Positions 25,322 through 38,444 of a DNA stretch of 64,000 nt are shown in pieces. The stretch lies in assembly GCA_964187785.1 (NCBI GenBank), contig OZ076409.1, forward strand, positions 22,136,001 through 22,200,000, in the 5' to 3' direction. This DNA comes from Amphiscolops sp. MND2022 (Eukaryota). Each line of letters starts with the position of its first letter. The stretch's first letter is position 1. A model generated the notes under the pieces. The model was not told the DNA's origin and did not search any database. It saw only the letters and a list, made by a program, of their open reading frames with translations. The position numbers were made by a program, and so were the translations under genes.

Positions 25322-28300
25322 CATTAACACTTTGTGTAGACAAGAAGTAAATTACACAAAAAGTTAAACACACAAGTTTTGTTTAAAAATGTTCAAAGCA
25401 AGAATATATCCAACCACATATCCAAGTGGATAAAAAATATTCAATATACTTACTCTGGTAGTGTTTCCTGGCCGTTGTCTCTGAGTGCGCGGTTTGGGCT
25501 AAATGGGCGTCTTTGTGATTTTGAGACAGTTCCAGCCCAGCCATATACATCTCCCAGAACTTTCGTATTGAGTTTGCGTTATATCGCACCAAGTTTGGAT
25601 CGTCCTGGAACAGTTCAGTAAAGGTGTCGCTGATTAAGTAAGACATTTTTGTCTCCTGCTGGGACTTCGTGTTCGCGAACATGAGGGAAGGCATTGTGGG
25701 GTACTCGCTCTTCATCCTTTCCCTCAATTCGTCCAAGAACGCGATTTGGTCGGCCTCAATCCTGACAGCAACGTCATAGAATTTCCCCGTCTTGTGGTCA
25801 CTGGTTTCATAGACGTGACCAGCTTTCAAGTGGGAGTCGAAGCACTCCCACGTCACGTTCAATATGGGCCCAGGCCTGACGTTGAGGCGACATTGAAGCA
25901 GAAAAAAGTTGAGAGCTTTCAAGGTAGTCGTCGTCAAGTTTTTCTCTTCCAAATCCCGCTCCAGCACCTCAATCACTTGCTGCTGCCTCTTTGTGACCTG
26001 CTGCAGACTGGGGACCCGGGAGAACTTGTCTTTCTTATTTTCTTTGGAACAACGCGCAAGATTTGGCGCAAATTTTCGTCTCGCGTCTCTCAGCGCCTTC
26101 TGCATGGTGGGAAGGCAGAATTCCTTTTTCATCTGCCTTTTCTCGTACGTGTGGCAGTAGTCAAGAAAAACTTTCAATTGGGACATGTATCAATTGGTTG
26201 TGCTTGGCTCCCATTGTCTTCTGAGCTCAACTCTAGAAAAAAAATGCAAAACTTAGAACATTTTTTGACCAACAGGTCTTTATGTGGTTGATCCATTCTG
26301 CAGTCCATGTTGCTTTGGGGATATGGCAACTTGGACAGTTTTTCAAGTTTTTCCTATCTGCAACTTGTCACTGAATTATATTATTTTATTTCATTAAATA
26401 TTTATGAAGAAAATAAATAAATACCTTTCAATAGCTGGAATCAGCGCTTTTGGTTCTGTTAACCCGAGCGTGTCCCCATAAATAATTGCTAGGAAGTTCT
26501 TCAGCGAGTCCCGTCCTCGCACGTCGCTGACGGTTTCGTCGGACAACCCTGAGCCTCTTTCTCGAAACTCGTGGTTGACGAAGTCTGTCACCAGAGACAT
26601 GTGACTCTCCCTCGGCAGATGACTATTGCGCAATTTTGCGCGCAGTTCAAGTGGAAGAGATCTAAAAACGGCAACTAACCAATAAAAAACTATCTAATAC
26701 AGCGATAATTAATTGTTTGTTTTTGATAACAACAAAAAATACCTTTTACTAGTGTGGTTAGCAACCACGGAGATAGAGTTGAGGTCGCATTTGTAATGTC
26801 TCTTGTGATCCAACTTGTTGGGAAATCGTCGATTGTGCTCCTCGCAATAAAAAATTTTGGTATTTTCATGCCGACCTCGGGTTCTCATAAAGTCCTTCAA
26901 ATTTCGAAGGTCCTTCTCAGTCAGCTCTGGATGAGCACGGATATAGTGCTTATCTATCCGTTTCGCTGTTTTTTCACAGATCAGGCACTGGGTGACTTCG
27001 TCATATTTGGTCTTTTTCTGGAGTTTGTTGACTTTCTGTTCTCTGGGGACCACACCCACAGCAGAAGTGCATTCAGGGACATCAGCTGCTGGTACTTCGC
27101 TTGTTAGGTTGACATGGCTGGAGTTCAGACCAACAGCAGAAACGCAATCAGGGACATCAGCTGCTGGTACTTCGCTTGTTAGGTTGACATGGCTGGAGTT
27201 CAGACCAACAGCAGAAACGCATTCAGGGACATCAGCTGCTGGTACTTCGCTTGTTAGGTTGACATGGCTGGAGTTCAGACCAACAGCAGAAACGCATTCA
27301 GGGACATCACTGGGCTGCCTAAACAAAAGAATATCTTTTTGTGTAATCAATCCGTATTATACAGAAGTTGTTATGTGGAATTGTTTGTCGGTAAAATGTT
27401 CACAGCCAAGACTTTTCTAAATTGATATGAGAAAAACGTTATTGCAATAAGTATGCTTACTCTTGGTTAGCGTATATTGAGCTGTTAGAAGCTGCTGGTA
27501 CTTCGCTTGTTAGGTTGACATGGCTGGAGTTCAGACCAACAGCAGAGACGCATTCAGGGACTTCAATGGGCTGTCTGAACAACTTCTCTGTGCACGGGTC
27601 ACAGGCGCATTCTTAGTTGTTGTTGCCAAAGTAATTTGTTCCATAAGAAACAAAAATTTCTTCGTTTTCTTCAATGTTTCTTATGGCCTCAATCCGCAAA
27701 ATTGTTCGGTTTTTTGTGGGACCTCCGCAAACATACACAGCATTTGGTTGACAGCTGTGGTTAACGAAACTTGCCGGTCCCAGCATGATTCGCTCCTTTC
27801 CAGATTTTCGCTCCGATCCGAAGAGCGAAAATGTGGGCGCATTATCCACGGCCTCTGCGAAATAACCATCAAGGCCCTGAATCTTGGAGCCCTTTTGCAG
27901 CCTCTTTCTGGCAAAAACTCCAAACTCATATCCAATTCCCGTGTAGCTCAGGACATCTTTGTATTTGACACTGTCAAACGATGTGGCGTAAGACTGCGTC
28001 ATTTCCCGGTACAAGGCCATTGCATGAGGCTTCGCCAGTATCGTGCAAATGTTTTCAGGGACTTCACAATATTTATGCGTTTTTTGGGTTTCAGAATCGA
28101 TGAATATGTGCGTCAGATGGGCTTCTATTAGGCCCAGCAGTGTATCGGGACGCATCACCTGCTCTGAGACAACAGCCGGTAGAGGCCGCGCATCACTGGG
28201 AGGCCCTTGGTATGCGATTGGACCCCCCACAGCTCCAGCACCACTTTCTGCCTCGGGTCTGGTGCCTAAAAAGATGTTTTGATATAAAAATTTTAGTTTA

Positions 28301-29060
28301 TAGCTGTTTCATCACTTCCTTAACAATTTGTGTAAACACCCCCTATTTTACACAATGAGTAAAAAACAATTTTATTTTGGTATTCAAACTCTACATGTAT
28401 TAAAATTTTACTTTATAGCTGTTTCATCACTTCCTTAATTTGTGTAAACACCCCCTATTTTACACAATGAGTAAAAATCAATTTTATTTTGGTATTCAAA
28501 CTATACATGTATTAAAATTTTACTTTATAGCTGTTTTATCACGTCCTTAACAATTTGTGTAAACACCCCCTATTTTACACAATTAGTAAAAAACAATTCT
28601 ATCTAATTTTTTACATGTATATTTTTACTTATTTTTACTTCTGACATGAAGATTAACGTTTTATGTAATCAACCCCTAAATTTAATAACTACTTACATCT
28701 ATCTTCCGATCCAGCAACGTCAGGCAGCTCTACAGCAGAGACTTCCGCAGCAGGAATTTCCATAGCAGGGACTTCCGCAGCAGGAATTTCCATAGCAGGG
28801 ACTTCCGCAGCAGGAATTTCCATAGCAGGGACTTCCGCAGCAGGAATTTCCCTAGCAGGGACTTCCGCAGCCGAATCTGGATAGGATGATACAGAGACAT
28901 CCGAAAGTGTTAACGAAACATTTCCAACCACCGCAATGTTGCTTGTCTTTTTGGCCGGCTGTTTTGAGCCAGGGTTCGGGTTTGGACGTTTTCCGATTTT
29001 CACGCCTCGAGTTGAACGAGTTACGCGGGCGACAGCACTTTGTGATCGAGTGCAAGGCAT
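24720..29060 (-). pseudogene. SET(SUV4-20-like)-zinc finger-tyrosine recombinase fusion gene, copy A; exons 29060-28697, 28265-27461, 27318-26743, 26661-26425, 26232-25454, 25313-24720
   Basis: All five introns are GT-AG with compatible phases (1,2,2,2,1). Lesions: TAA at 27613-27615, TGA at 26190-26192, frameshift in the last exon. Confidence 0.85.
28283..28620. repeat. ~113-bp tandem repeat (x3) in intron 1, each unit holding a 28-bp palindrome (also at ~42025-42360)
   Basis: Repeated tatagctgtttcatcacttcctt...ttgtgtaaacaccccctattttacacaa. Confidence 0.9.
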
Positions 29061-29477
29061 TGTGAAATTCAAGTTGAGAGCTTTCGAAATTTCAATTCAA
29101 ATTGAGAGTAAGTTGAGTTTGAGAAGCAAACGAAAATAATGGCAAAATTTTTGATGCTGTAAAACCTCCAAAAAAGCGTCTTTATTTCCTATTAACACAT
29201 AATTAGATTTGAACTCGAATTCGCCGCATTTCAATAATGATCTTAACTCACTTTAAGTCACTCCCATTAACATTTCCACCAATTCTCCTTAACACCAATT
29301 ATCTCATTATCACTTTTCGGGTCAACATTAGGATTTGTCAGGGAACCCCAAACAACCCAACCCCCCACACCGCCCCCCGGGGGTTGATATATAATGTTTT
29401 AAAAGTTAAATTAAATTATAAGATATTATAAAAATAAAATGTTAAATTAATTATAAAATAAAACAACCATTAAAAAA

Positions 29478-30690
29478 ACAATAAACCAATGTGAAATATT
29501 TGTTTTTAAATTCCGGATCACATAAAATTATTTCACTGTAATTTTTGTGCCTTAGATATACTCTCTATGTCCCCCCAAAGGCATCAGTACCAATTCTGAA
29601 CCAATTTTGAGGATATGTAAAAAATCGAAAAATTAGATACCATTTTCGACATGAAAAACAATAAACCAATGTGAAATACTTGTTTTTAAATTCCGGATCA
29701 CATAAAATTATTTCACTGTAATTTTTGTGCCTTAGATATACTCTCTATGTCCCCCAAAGGCATCAGTACCAATTCTGAACCAATTTTGAGGATATGTAAA
29801 AAATCGAAAAATTAGATACCATTTTCGATATGAAAAACAATAAACCAGTGTGAAATACTTGTTTTTAAATTCCAGATCATATAAAATTATTTCACTGTAA
29901 TTTTTGTGCCTTAGATATACTCTCTATGTCCCCCCAAAGGCTTCAGTACCAATTCTGAACCAATTTTGAGGATATGTAAAAAATCAAAAATTAGATACCA
30001 TTTTCGACATGAAAAACAATAAACCAATGTGAAATACATGTTTTTGAATTCCGGATCACACAAAATTATTCCACTGTAATTTTTGTGCCTTAGATATACC
30101 CTCTATGTCCCCCCAAAGGCATCAGTACTAATTCTGGACCCATTTTGAGGATATGTAAAAAAGTCGAAAAATTAGGTATTATTTTCGACATGAAACTCAA
30201 TCAAAACAATGTGAAATACATGTTTTTAAATTCCGGATCAAACAAAATTATTCCACTGTAACTTTTGTGCCTTAGATATACTCTCTATGTCCCCCCAAAG
30301 GCATCAGTACCAATTCTGGACCGATTTTGAGGATATGTAAAAAAGTCGAAAAATTAGGTACTATTTTCGACTATTTTCAGTCAAAACAATGTGAAATACA
30401 TGTTTTTGAATTCCGGATCACACAAAATTATTCCATTGTAATTTTTGTGCCTCAGATATACTCTCTATGTCCCCCCAAAGGCATCAGTACCAATTCTGGA
30501 CCGATTTTGAGGATATGTAAAAAAGTCTAAATATTAGGTACTATTTTCGACTATTTTCAGTCAAAACAATGTGAAATACATGTTTTTGAATTCCGGATCA
30601 CACAAAGTTATTCCATTGTAATTTTTTGCCTCAGATATACTCTCTATGTCCCCCCAAAGGCATCAGTACCAATTCTGGACTGATTTTGAG
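29478..30690. repeat. ~180-bp tandem array, about 7 units (copy A)
   Basis: ctctctatgtccccccaaaggcatcagtac recurs at ~180-bp spacing. Confidence 0.95.
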
Positions 30691-31319
30691 AATGCGTATC
30701 TATTTGTTAGAAATTCTTACAAAAAATGCGATGTGTTATTTTGACCAAAAATTCGTTCAAGATTTTGGGTTAGATTGTCATAAATTAGGAAGCAGCAGAA
30801 TAATAGCTAAGGAGTAATATCTAAAACGATTTCGGGAATAATATCTAAAACTGATATGGCTAAAATCATTTTTCGGGAATAATATCTAAAGTTTTCGTCA
30901 TAATCTCTGCTATTTTTGCTATTTTCTTTGAGTGTTGATGGTTTGCTCGATTTTGACATACTTCCTTGAATTTCAATTGAACATTCCGGCATATTTTCCG
31001 TTTTTAGATACAATTCTCAGTTTTAGATCTTATTCCTGTTTTTTTTAGATACAATTCCTCCAATTTGCATTTTAGATACTATTCCTTTAGATATTAATCT
31101 CGACATTGTTTTAGATATTATTCCTTAGATACTGTTCCTGGTTTGATGACTTCTTTTTTAAAAACTCAATATTTTAGATCTTATTCTGTTAGATCATATT
31201 CCGTTAGATCTCAGGCGCAACGTGTTTTAGTTAGATCTTATTCCGTTAGATCTTATTCCGATTTGGTGTCTAAGATCTTAGGCGTTAGATCTTATTCCGT
31301 CTTCCACATAAATTTTAGA

Positions 31320-31856
31320 TGAAAATGGTCCAAATTTGGAATATTGTCGTAAATTTGATGCCTATTTAGAGGATCTTTACTCGACGACGAATGTGACATG
31401 AGTCGACGTAATAATCTCAGTCTATGTGCTCTTAGAAAATTTGACTTCGTCTGGAAAAACCCTTTCATAAAAATCCCCATGAAACTATTCATATATCAAA
31501 CTTTTGTGAAACCCATCTTCCAATATAATAATCTTCCAATAGAGAATAAACTTGATGTTTTTCAGAGAAAGCATCTGAGATATTTCCTAAACATTTTCTA
31601 CCCAAAGAAAATCCACAATAAAGAACTATACAAGATCACAAATAACCAACCCTTCTCCGAATCTGTGAGATTCTTTCGAAAACATCACCTTGGTCATCAT
31701 TTGTAGAGACATTGCCCAAAAGAAAAAGAGGACCCCGCCCTCCAACGATCCTGAAAACGTACCGAAAAGACCTTGGAACAGACAATTGGCTCAAACTCGA
31801 AGAGCTGGCTTTTGCGAGGACGATATAGCTATCGGATAATCTCGTACTACTACTAT
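31320..31856 (+). mobile_element. 3' fragment of an RTE-like LINE within copy A
   Basis: KLFIYQTFVKPIFQY...KLDVFQRKHLR..LNI...NKELY...LGH and a short (CTA)n tail. Confidence 0.7.
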
Positions 31857-32004
31857 TTAGTGCCTATTTCAGAAGTAGTGTTCTTGTCTTGAAGTCGCAG
31901 CTACTTGCGAATTTGTCTACTTTCGAATTACATACAATTCATAGAGCGAGAGACTCTACTATTCATCTACACCCGGACCTCTACTCTACTGGAACAGCAT
32001 CGAC

Positions 32005-33724
32005 ATGGACCCACCTTTTCGAGACAGCAGGCCTCAATGTAGCGGTAAGTTGCTTTATTATTCTTTTTCCTTGTATACTTAAAAATTTAGGCCTACATGT
32101 AAAACAAAAGGTGGATATTATCAGCAGAGATGCACCTGAAAGAAAAAAAATTATTGTTATTGTTGTTGCAGAAAAATGAATAAGAACATAAGAGCAAATG
32201 ACATAAACACGAATTTCCCATCCCCTTTCGGTGAGACACTACGGTGATGACGGCAAAGAAAAGATTAAGAAGCAGACGTTCCAGCAATTTGTCGACTCCT
32301 TGGGTGGACCAAATCCACTTAACGTCATCGACTGTTTTCCACCTGGTTTGTTTTCCCAAATTGTTGAATTTTTTGTTCAATCGAGGCCCCTAATTTTACT
32401 GAAGCACCTGAAAACTGAAAACTTCTTTTTGGAAACAGCCATCGACAAACAAATTTGTTTATTTCCATTCTTTCCGAAGATGTTTTGCTTGTTTATTTCA
32501 GAAGATGCTGCTCTCTGTGACTTCGAGCTACCGGCAGTGATTAAGGGAGTGTCACTGTACCACCAGTTTTTGGAGAAGCTCCCTCGTAGCCTTATCCATA
32601 ATTCGCTGGACAAGTACCTATTGCTGACCGAGAAAGGCGCAATAACTCCTTGGCATGTAGATTTCTCGGGCACAAGCGTATTTTACTTGCTTGTACGAGG
32701 CCAAAAGGAGTTCCTTGTCATAGAGCCAACCCCCGAAAACATGAGGAAATATTCGGATTTCAAACGAGACAAAATGTAAGTTGACAATCTGGTTCTTTTA
32801 CCTGATATATCGACGTAATTTAACGTACTTAACTCATTGTGTAAAATGTAAGGTGTTTACACAAACGGTTATTCTTCATGATCGAGTGTATTTAGGAACG
32901 ACGTTGTGTTCGGGACCGATCCTACACTCAAATGTCGGAAGGTTATCCTGAACCAGGGCGAGGGATTGATCCTACCAGGCGGTGTTCCTCACATGGTCAG
33001 GACTACTGAGCACTCCATAGCAAGAGGAGCTAACTTTCTGTGGGACAAAACCCTGAGTAAGTTAAACAAAGTTTTGTTCTAATGTAAAGAATAAAGGTGT
33101 ACCGGACAGCAATACCGGTATCTCAAATGTCTGTGACCTCAAATATCTAAGCAAAGATTTATGTATTCTGAGATTAAATGCTGGAATAGTCGAGGCTAAT
33201 TTTAGAAATGGCTGTTTTAGATTTGATCACAGACGTTTACATGCAAGAGAAGAAGCAAGCCTTGCGTGCGGATGAGCGGTACCCCTCGCTACCCGCAATC
33301 CTCCTGCTGTGGGTTATGGATAACCTTGAGAACCCGAATTGCCACAAAGTCGCTGAGATGCTAATCAGCAAGGAGGCAAGAAGGGAGACGACAAACTGCG
33401 CGGTAAGTTTCTTTCACTTGTCACCCATGTCAAATAAAATATCTGTCCATATACGTGCATAACGCAGCGTTGTGCGTGTCTGTCACGTGTCTGTCCGTCG
33501 CTTGGGTTCTATTATTGGTCTCGTTGGGTCGAACACCTGCACATGATTCAAGCAAACTTTGTTAGATTTTGTTTTGTGTTTAGAACAAACTGAAGAAGCA
33601 CAACAGTTGTTTCTGGTCTTTTGATGAGCTGAAGCAGCATGTCACTGATGCAGAGAGTCGCAGCGTCCTATGCAGAAGCCACACAATTGGAGATCCATCT
33701 AAGCCACAAAACTTAGAGAACTAG
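32005..33724 (+). pseudogene. JmjC demethylase gene, copy A, with ~1.16-kb deletion removing the 5' part of exon 2 and its acceptor
   Basis: Junction aaacacgaa|tttcccatcc at ~32213 joins copy-B positions ~46688 and ~47845. Remaining exons: 32005-32044, ..-32775, 32896-33056, 33206-33402, 33584-33724. Confidence 0.85.
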
Positions 33725-35303
33725 ATTTGGAGAACTTTAGAGAACTAGAACTGCCTATATTTGCCTTATTTTAGTGTTATTGAAGCATTTTGTTAGTGTT
33801 AGCAACTGTAACTGAAACATAACTGTAACTGTAACTGAAATGCATATAACTTGCATTTCAGGTCTTGTGACATATTTGAAATTTTGAACCCATTTTTGAA
33901 CTCCTCGATGAGCATTTCCTTGATTTCAGGCTTTCTTTTCGACCATTTTTTTCTAAATTTCATTTGTGAAAAACGTAACTTTAACTGAAATTTGAAATCA
34001 ATTCAGTTGCCTAACACTACATTTAGTGTTTTCATTGTTTCTTCTTGGACAGTATTTGGTTGTCATGTTAGTTTAGAAAGAACATTTTAAATGAGAAACT
34101 ATATTTTTATTCAAGAACAAAATGTGCTTTCGTGTTTGGTTTGGGGGAATTCACAACACGATGTACCTGGGGGTGCGGACCTTGGTAAATACTGAAAAAT
34201 GAGTAATTTTAAGGGCGTTCGGTTCTAAATGAATAATTGCAATCAATCGCAGTAATTAGGTTCACATTCGCGGATAAATAATGTAAAGTGACCTAGCATG
34301 AATTCATCGTATGATCATTAATTGTTTTTGTATCTAGTTTTGCCCATAAATTACATTACCAATTATTTTGCTTGTTTCAGTGAGACACTTCAGAGGCCAC
34401 GTTCCCGACGTGGGTCTTGTTATGGGTGACACAATGTGATCCCCAAACTGAGAGCCTCTTTAAAAATACATTATACTGGGAAAAAGTGATGATTTGTTGT
34501 GAATTTATCATAGCAACCACTTGTTCCCGACATTTTTGTTATCAACATTGGTGCAACAATTAACAAAAAAATCTCTTTTTGAACTTAATCCTAGGGGTAT
34601 TTGAGTTTTACTTAGAAATTTTCAAATTATACTTGTTTCATTATTTCATTTACAGTTTGTGTAAATTCCTTGTATTTTACACAATTTGTTAAAGCGACTG
34701 AGTATGTTGAGATATGAATTCTGAGTTGCAGCGTCTTGTGCAGAAGTCATTTGTTTTTTAAATTTACCAAAAAAGGGCAATTTTGCTTTCCATGTTGCAT
34801 ATATATCAGATTCTTTCTTTCAAACGTTTTCCACGACAACCAAAAAATGGTCGCTTTTTGTTGAGAATCAATGAGTTTCAAGTTCTTTTACAATTTATAT
34901 TCAAGTTTTTTGTAGGTTAGTGGTAATAATATACAAAAATCGGCGTTTCCTAGATTTGAACCCCAGGCTCCGGTAAAAATTTCGCTATGTTCAAACTATT
35001 GACAATTATATCACCCTATATGCGAAATTTTAGAGAAAAACGTTTCGGATAGTTTGACTTTTGTAATCTGAGAAAGTTTCAAAAACTTTGTTCCTGAGCG
35101 GGATTCGAAATCGTTTCCGTTTGCCCTCCGTGCCAGTGGTCTGAATGGTTTTTCAGTAAAATTTATAATTATTTTTTTCTTAAAAAAACATTGTCAGTAC
35201 AGTGACAGAGCCGACGAAAAATATAGGATAATTATTCTGTATATGATAATTTTTTTCACGAAAATAGTGTGAATGCGCTCTTAGTTTTTCATACAGTTTT
35301 TTA

Positions 35304-36629
35304 TTAGCAAAATCCATTCAGCTGTCCAGTGAGCTTAAGTAAACTCCCCCATGATCTTTTATTTAGACCCCTGGCAAATTGATAAACCCGAAGTTTAGTC
35401 CGCACCTCTAGGTCTTTTTTGATTTGAGGCAAAGCTGTGCGGTCGGAGGAGTACTTGAGAGAAGCTTCCTTCCATAATTGGTTCAAGTAGACCGACGGAA
35501 ACTCTCTGTCTTTCGCGTTGTCGTGTTTCATCACACGATTTTTCTCTTCTCTGAATTTCTCTGCAAAACAAACAAGAAAATTGGCTTTTTCCGAGAAAAA
35601 GTGAAAACTGAAAAAAAACAAATCATACACATTTTCCCAATTTTGGAGTATAAAAAGAAAGAAGGTATGATAAATTTTCTTAGGATTTTGATTTTTGTAA
35701 ATTTTCAAAGCCTTTCATGTTTATTTTGAAACATTATTAGACAGAGCACGTTTTTGATGTTTTGAAGACGCAAAATGTTTGAATAGATTTTTCCGGAAGC
35801 AAAAATAAAACTCAAGTTCGAAACTAAACTCGGTTCTTTTTGCTTTCTATTACTAACACATTGCTACAAATTTTATGGGAAGTTAGTGGGAAAATTTGGA
35901 CAAAGACTGAAAACCAAATCACAAACCTTCGATTTCTAAATTTCATTCCAAGTGACAGTTTATAATCCATATATACTCTTTGTTCACACTATTTCTCTTT
36001 TTCAAGTTACGCAAATTAACAGCTTCCTTTTTGGAGTCTGAAAAAAAACAATTAAATTGAACAAAACTACGGTTAACTATGGAAAATGTTTTGTTCAAAC
36101 GAACAACTATTCCAATAAATGTTGACTTCCTGTTACGGAAAAGATTGTTTTTATTTTTTCCACTCTTAAAACTTTTTTAAAATTTGATTTTAAAAAGTTT
36201 GACGCGGTGGGGTGTTGTATTGGTTACAAAAAAAGCCATCAACTCAATTTTCTGTTATCTGAAATTTTTATTTTTTGTTTCAACTGAAACTTGAACTAAC
36301 CAAGAGACACAGGTAATTTGTTCAGTCTGCTCTTCACATCCTCTGTCATCTGTGAGTGTATTTCCCGCAATTTTTCCCGGTCTTTTTCACCGAATCTGCC
36401 CCCTCCACTTGAGATATCTTTTTCCACTCTGTCCATGGTTCTCTGAAGTTTCTGTTGATCTGTTAGTTTCTTCTCCAACTCCATTAGATCGAATTTGAAG
36501 TTCTCTTGGTCTTCCAGGGAAAAATCGCCTGCCTGGATTTCTTTCCATAGCCTTTCTACTATTGGCTGTCTGAAACATTGAAAGCCGTTTTAGAAGCCTT
36601 AAAATGCATTGAAATGCGACTACAGACAA
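35304..36629 (-). pseudogene. Possible three-exon gene of unknown function, disrupted
   Basis: ORF 36296-36484 ends at a GTTAGT donor; putative exon 36037-35927 (one in-frame stop); terminal exon 35560-35304. Phases are compatible but no domain is recognised. Confidence 0.35.
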
Positions 36630-37232
36630 AAGCGCCTCAATTCAAAGCGCTTCGCTAGGGACTCTTTGTCCCAGGCGTCCGTCTGTGATGGCAACTTGTA
36701 TTCTATTTGCCAAAACTATCAAAAAGCTCTACCCAACACGATCCATTTAAATTGAAACTTTTTAAATGAACTGCATTTGTATCTCAAAAGTCATGTAATT
36801 CATTTATTCTGAATGTAAAATATCATGTAGTGATGATTTAATATTACGTAATACCGGCGCTAATTTGTACGTTGCTAGTAAATTGGACACCAAGGCGTAC
36901 AGGTAGAGGAAACGCGTTCAAATGTTTTCTCACCTGTCGCCTTGGTCTACCAGTCCAATTAATTCGTTAGCCAATCACAGTGCAGTACTTTCTTTATTCG
37001 GTGCTGTATTATGCTTCTAGATTAAAGGGACTGAACGGCCATATGCCGCCAGTCAATAATATCTCGGTCCACTCATGTCGGTTGGACGCTGAGGCCGTTT
37101 ATGAAATTAAAAGCGCTTGCTGGAAAGTGTTATGAATTACATAATAACCGGTGCTTTATTGTCTTATTTAGTGAATTATTAGTCCTTAGAGGACATGTAA
37201 TCTGCGTTAAATAGTACGCCATCAATGCCTTT

Positions 37233-37432
37233 NNNNNNNNNNNNNNNNNNNNNNNNNNNNNNNNNNNNNNNNNNNNNNNNNNNNNNNNNNNNNNNNNNNN
37301 NNNNNNNNNNNNNNNNNNNNNNNNNNNNNNNNNNNNNNNNNNNNNNNNNNNNNNNNNNNNNNNNNNNNNNNNNNNNNNNNNNNNNNNNNNNNNNNNNNNN
37401 NNNNNNNNNNNNNNNNNNNNNNNNNNNNNNNN
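37233..37432. other. Assembly gap (200 N)
   Basis: Run of N. Confidence 1.
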
Positions 37433-38444
37433 AGACCATTTTCCGTGACCCTTAATAACTAAAATACCAAGTTGCATAATTTTACTAATAAATACTAATA
37501 ATAACCAAACATGCAACTTGGACAACTTTTCGCAAGTTGGACAGATTTCTAGCAAATTTAGGGGAAAATGAAAAATTTTTGCAAAATGTTTTCAAAAAGC
37601 TCCAAAACTGTTTCAGAAAGCAGGTTATCCCTCTTAGTGTTAAAGTTTGGTCGGAAATGTTTCACTAATTTTGCAAGCGGGTGTTACTGTGAAAGAAATA
37701 GGCTCAAAAAGAGCCACTAATAAATGGTCTCGCTTGCTGAAGCCTTTACATGTTGGGATTTAAGTTTCTGTCGAACATGTTTCTCAGCAATACAGCGGCA
37801 GTTGAACAAAACTGCATGAAGGAAAACTTCAGTCAGTTCCCAATGCTTTTTGTATTTCTCACAGTCATCTTTTACGGTACTTGTTATTGTTAGTAATGTC
37901 GAGTTCATCGTTTTTGTTCAGATAGAAACGAAAGAAGTGACAACGATGGTATTAGTACTGTAACATAACATCTAACATAACTGCAGTGTTAGGTCTTGTC
38001 GCAGGCTGAAGCCTGTGACGGGACTAAAATCACAACAACCGCAGTCGGACAAGAAACGGCGACAGGTACTCTCCCAATTTATTGAATCAAGCTTAGGGAA
38101 AACTCAAACTTTTCATTTTCAAAACTCAAACTATGCTTCATTATTTTTTGCAGTTTGTGTGAACTGCTCCTATTTTACACAATGTGTTAATCCCCTGAGT
38201 AACTATTATTTCGCCACTTTCTTCTAATTTTTCGACTTAAAAAAATCAAGTTTTTAAAATCTAGTCTATCTAACTATCTAAGGCATAATACTCAAAGTAT
38301 AAAAGAGTCAGGTTTTGAAAACATGCATTTCATACGAGTGAAAGGAGTTTAAAATGTTTGGGAGAGAAATAAATAAACTTTTCAAGAATGAAAATGAGAA
38401 CAGTTTATAACATTTAAACAAGTTTCTGCAGTTTTGTTGAATAA

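Larger units (their letters stand above)
23690..37232. mobile_element. Putative tyrosine-recombinase element with SET and JmjC genes, copy A
   Basis: Near-identical to 37433-50442 up to 34798; encodes YR, SET and JmjC. True termini are not resolved. Confidence 0.65.

Noticed and set aside
25383..26186. Bacterial or phage integrase contamination
   Set aside because: The YR exon is bounded by spliceosomal introns and joins eukaryotic SET exons in frame.
25746..28358. Plus-strand ORFs of 117-203 aa (and copy-B equivalents)
   Set aside because: Antisense shadows of the SET-YR exons with no recognisable motifs.
28980..29060. Histone-tail mimicry in the SET-YR N-terminus (ARVTRSTRGVK)
   Set aside because: Resemblance to the H3 tail is weak and expected for any basic low-complexity segment.
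29478..30690. CRISPR-like array
   Set aside because: Whole ~180-bp monomers repeat with no unique spacers; eukaryotic context; no cas genes.
24720..33724. DIRS/Ngaro YR retrotransposon
   Set aside because: No gag, RT or RNase H in the cassette; the only RT-related piece is a short unrelated LINE tail.
37130..37555. ORFs spanning the N run
   Set aside because: Artefacts of translating the assembly gap.
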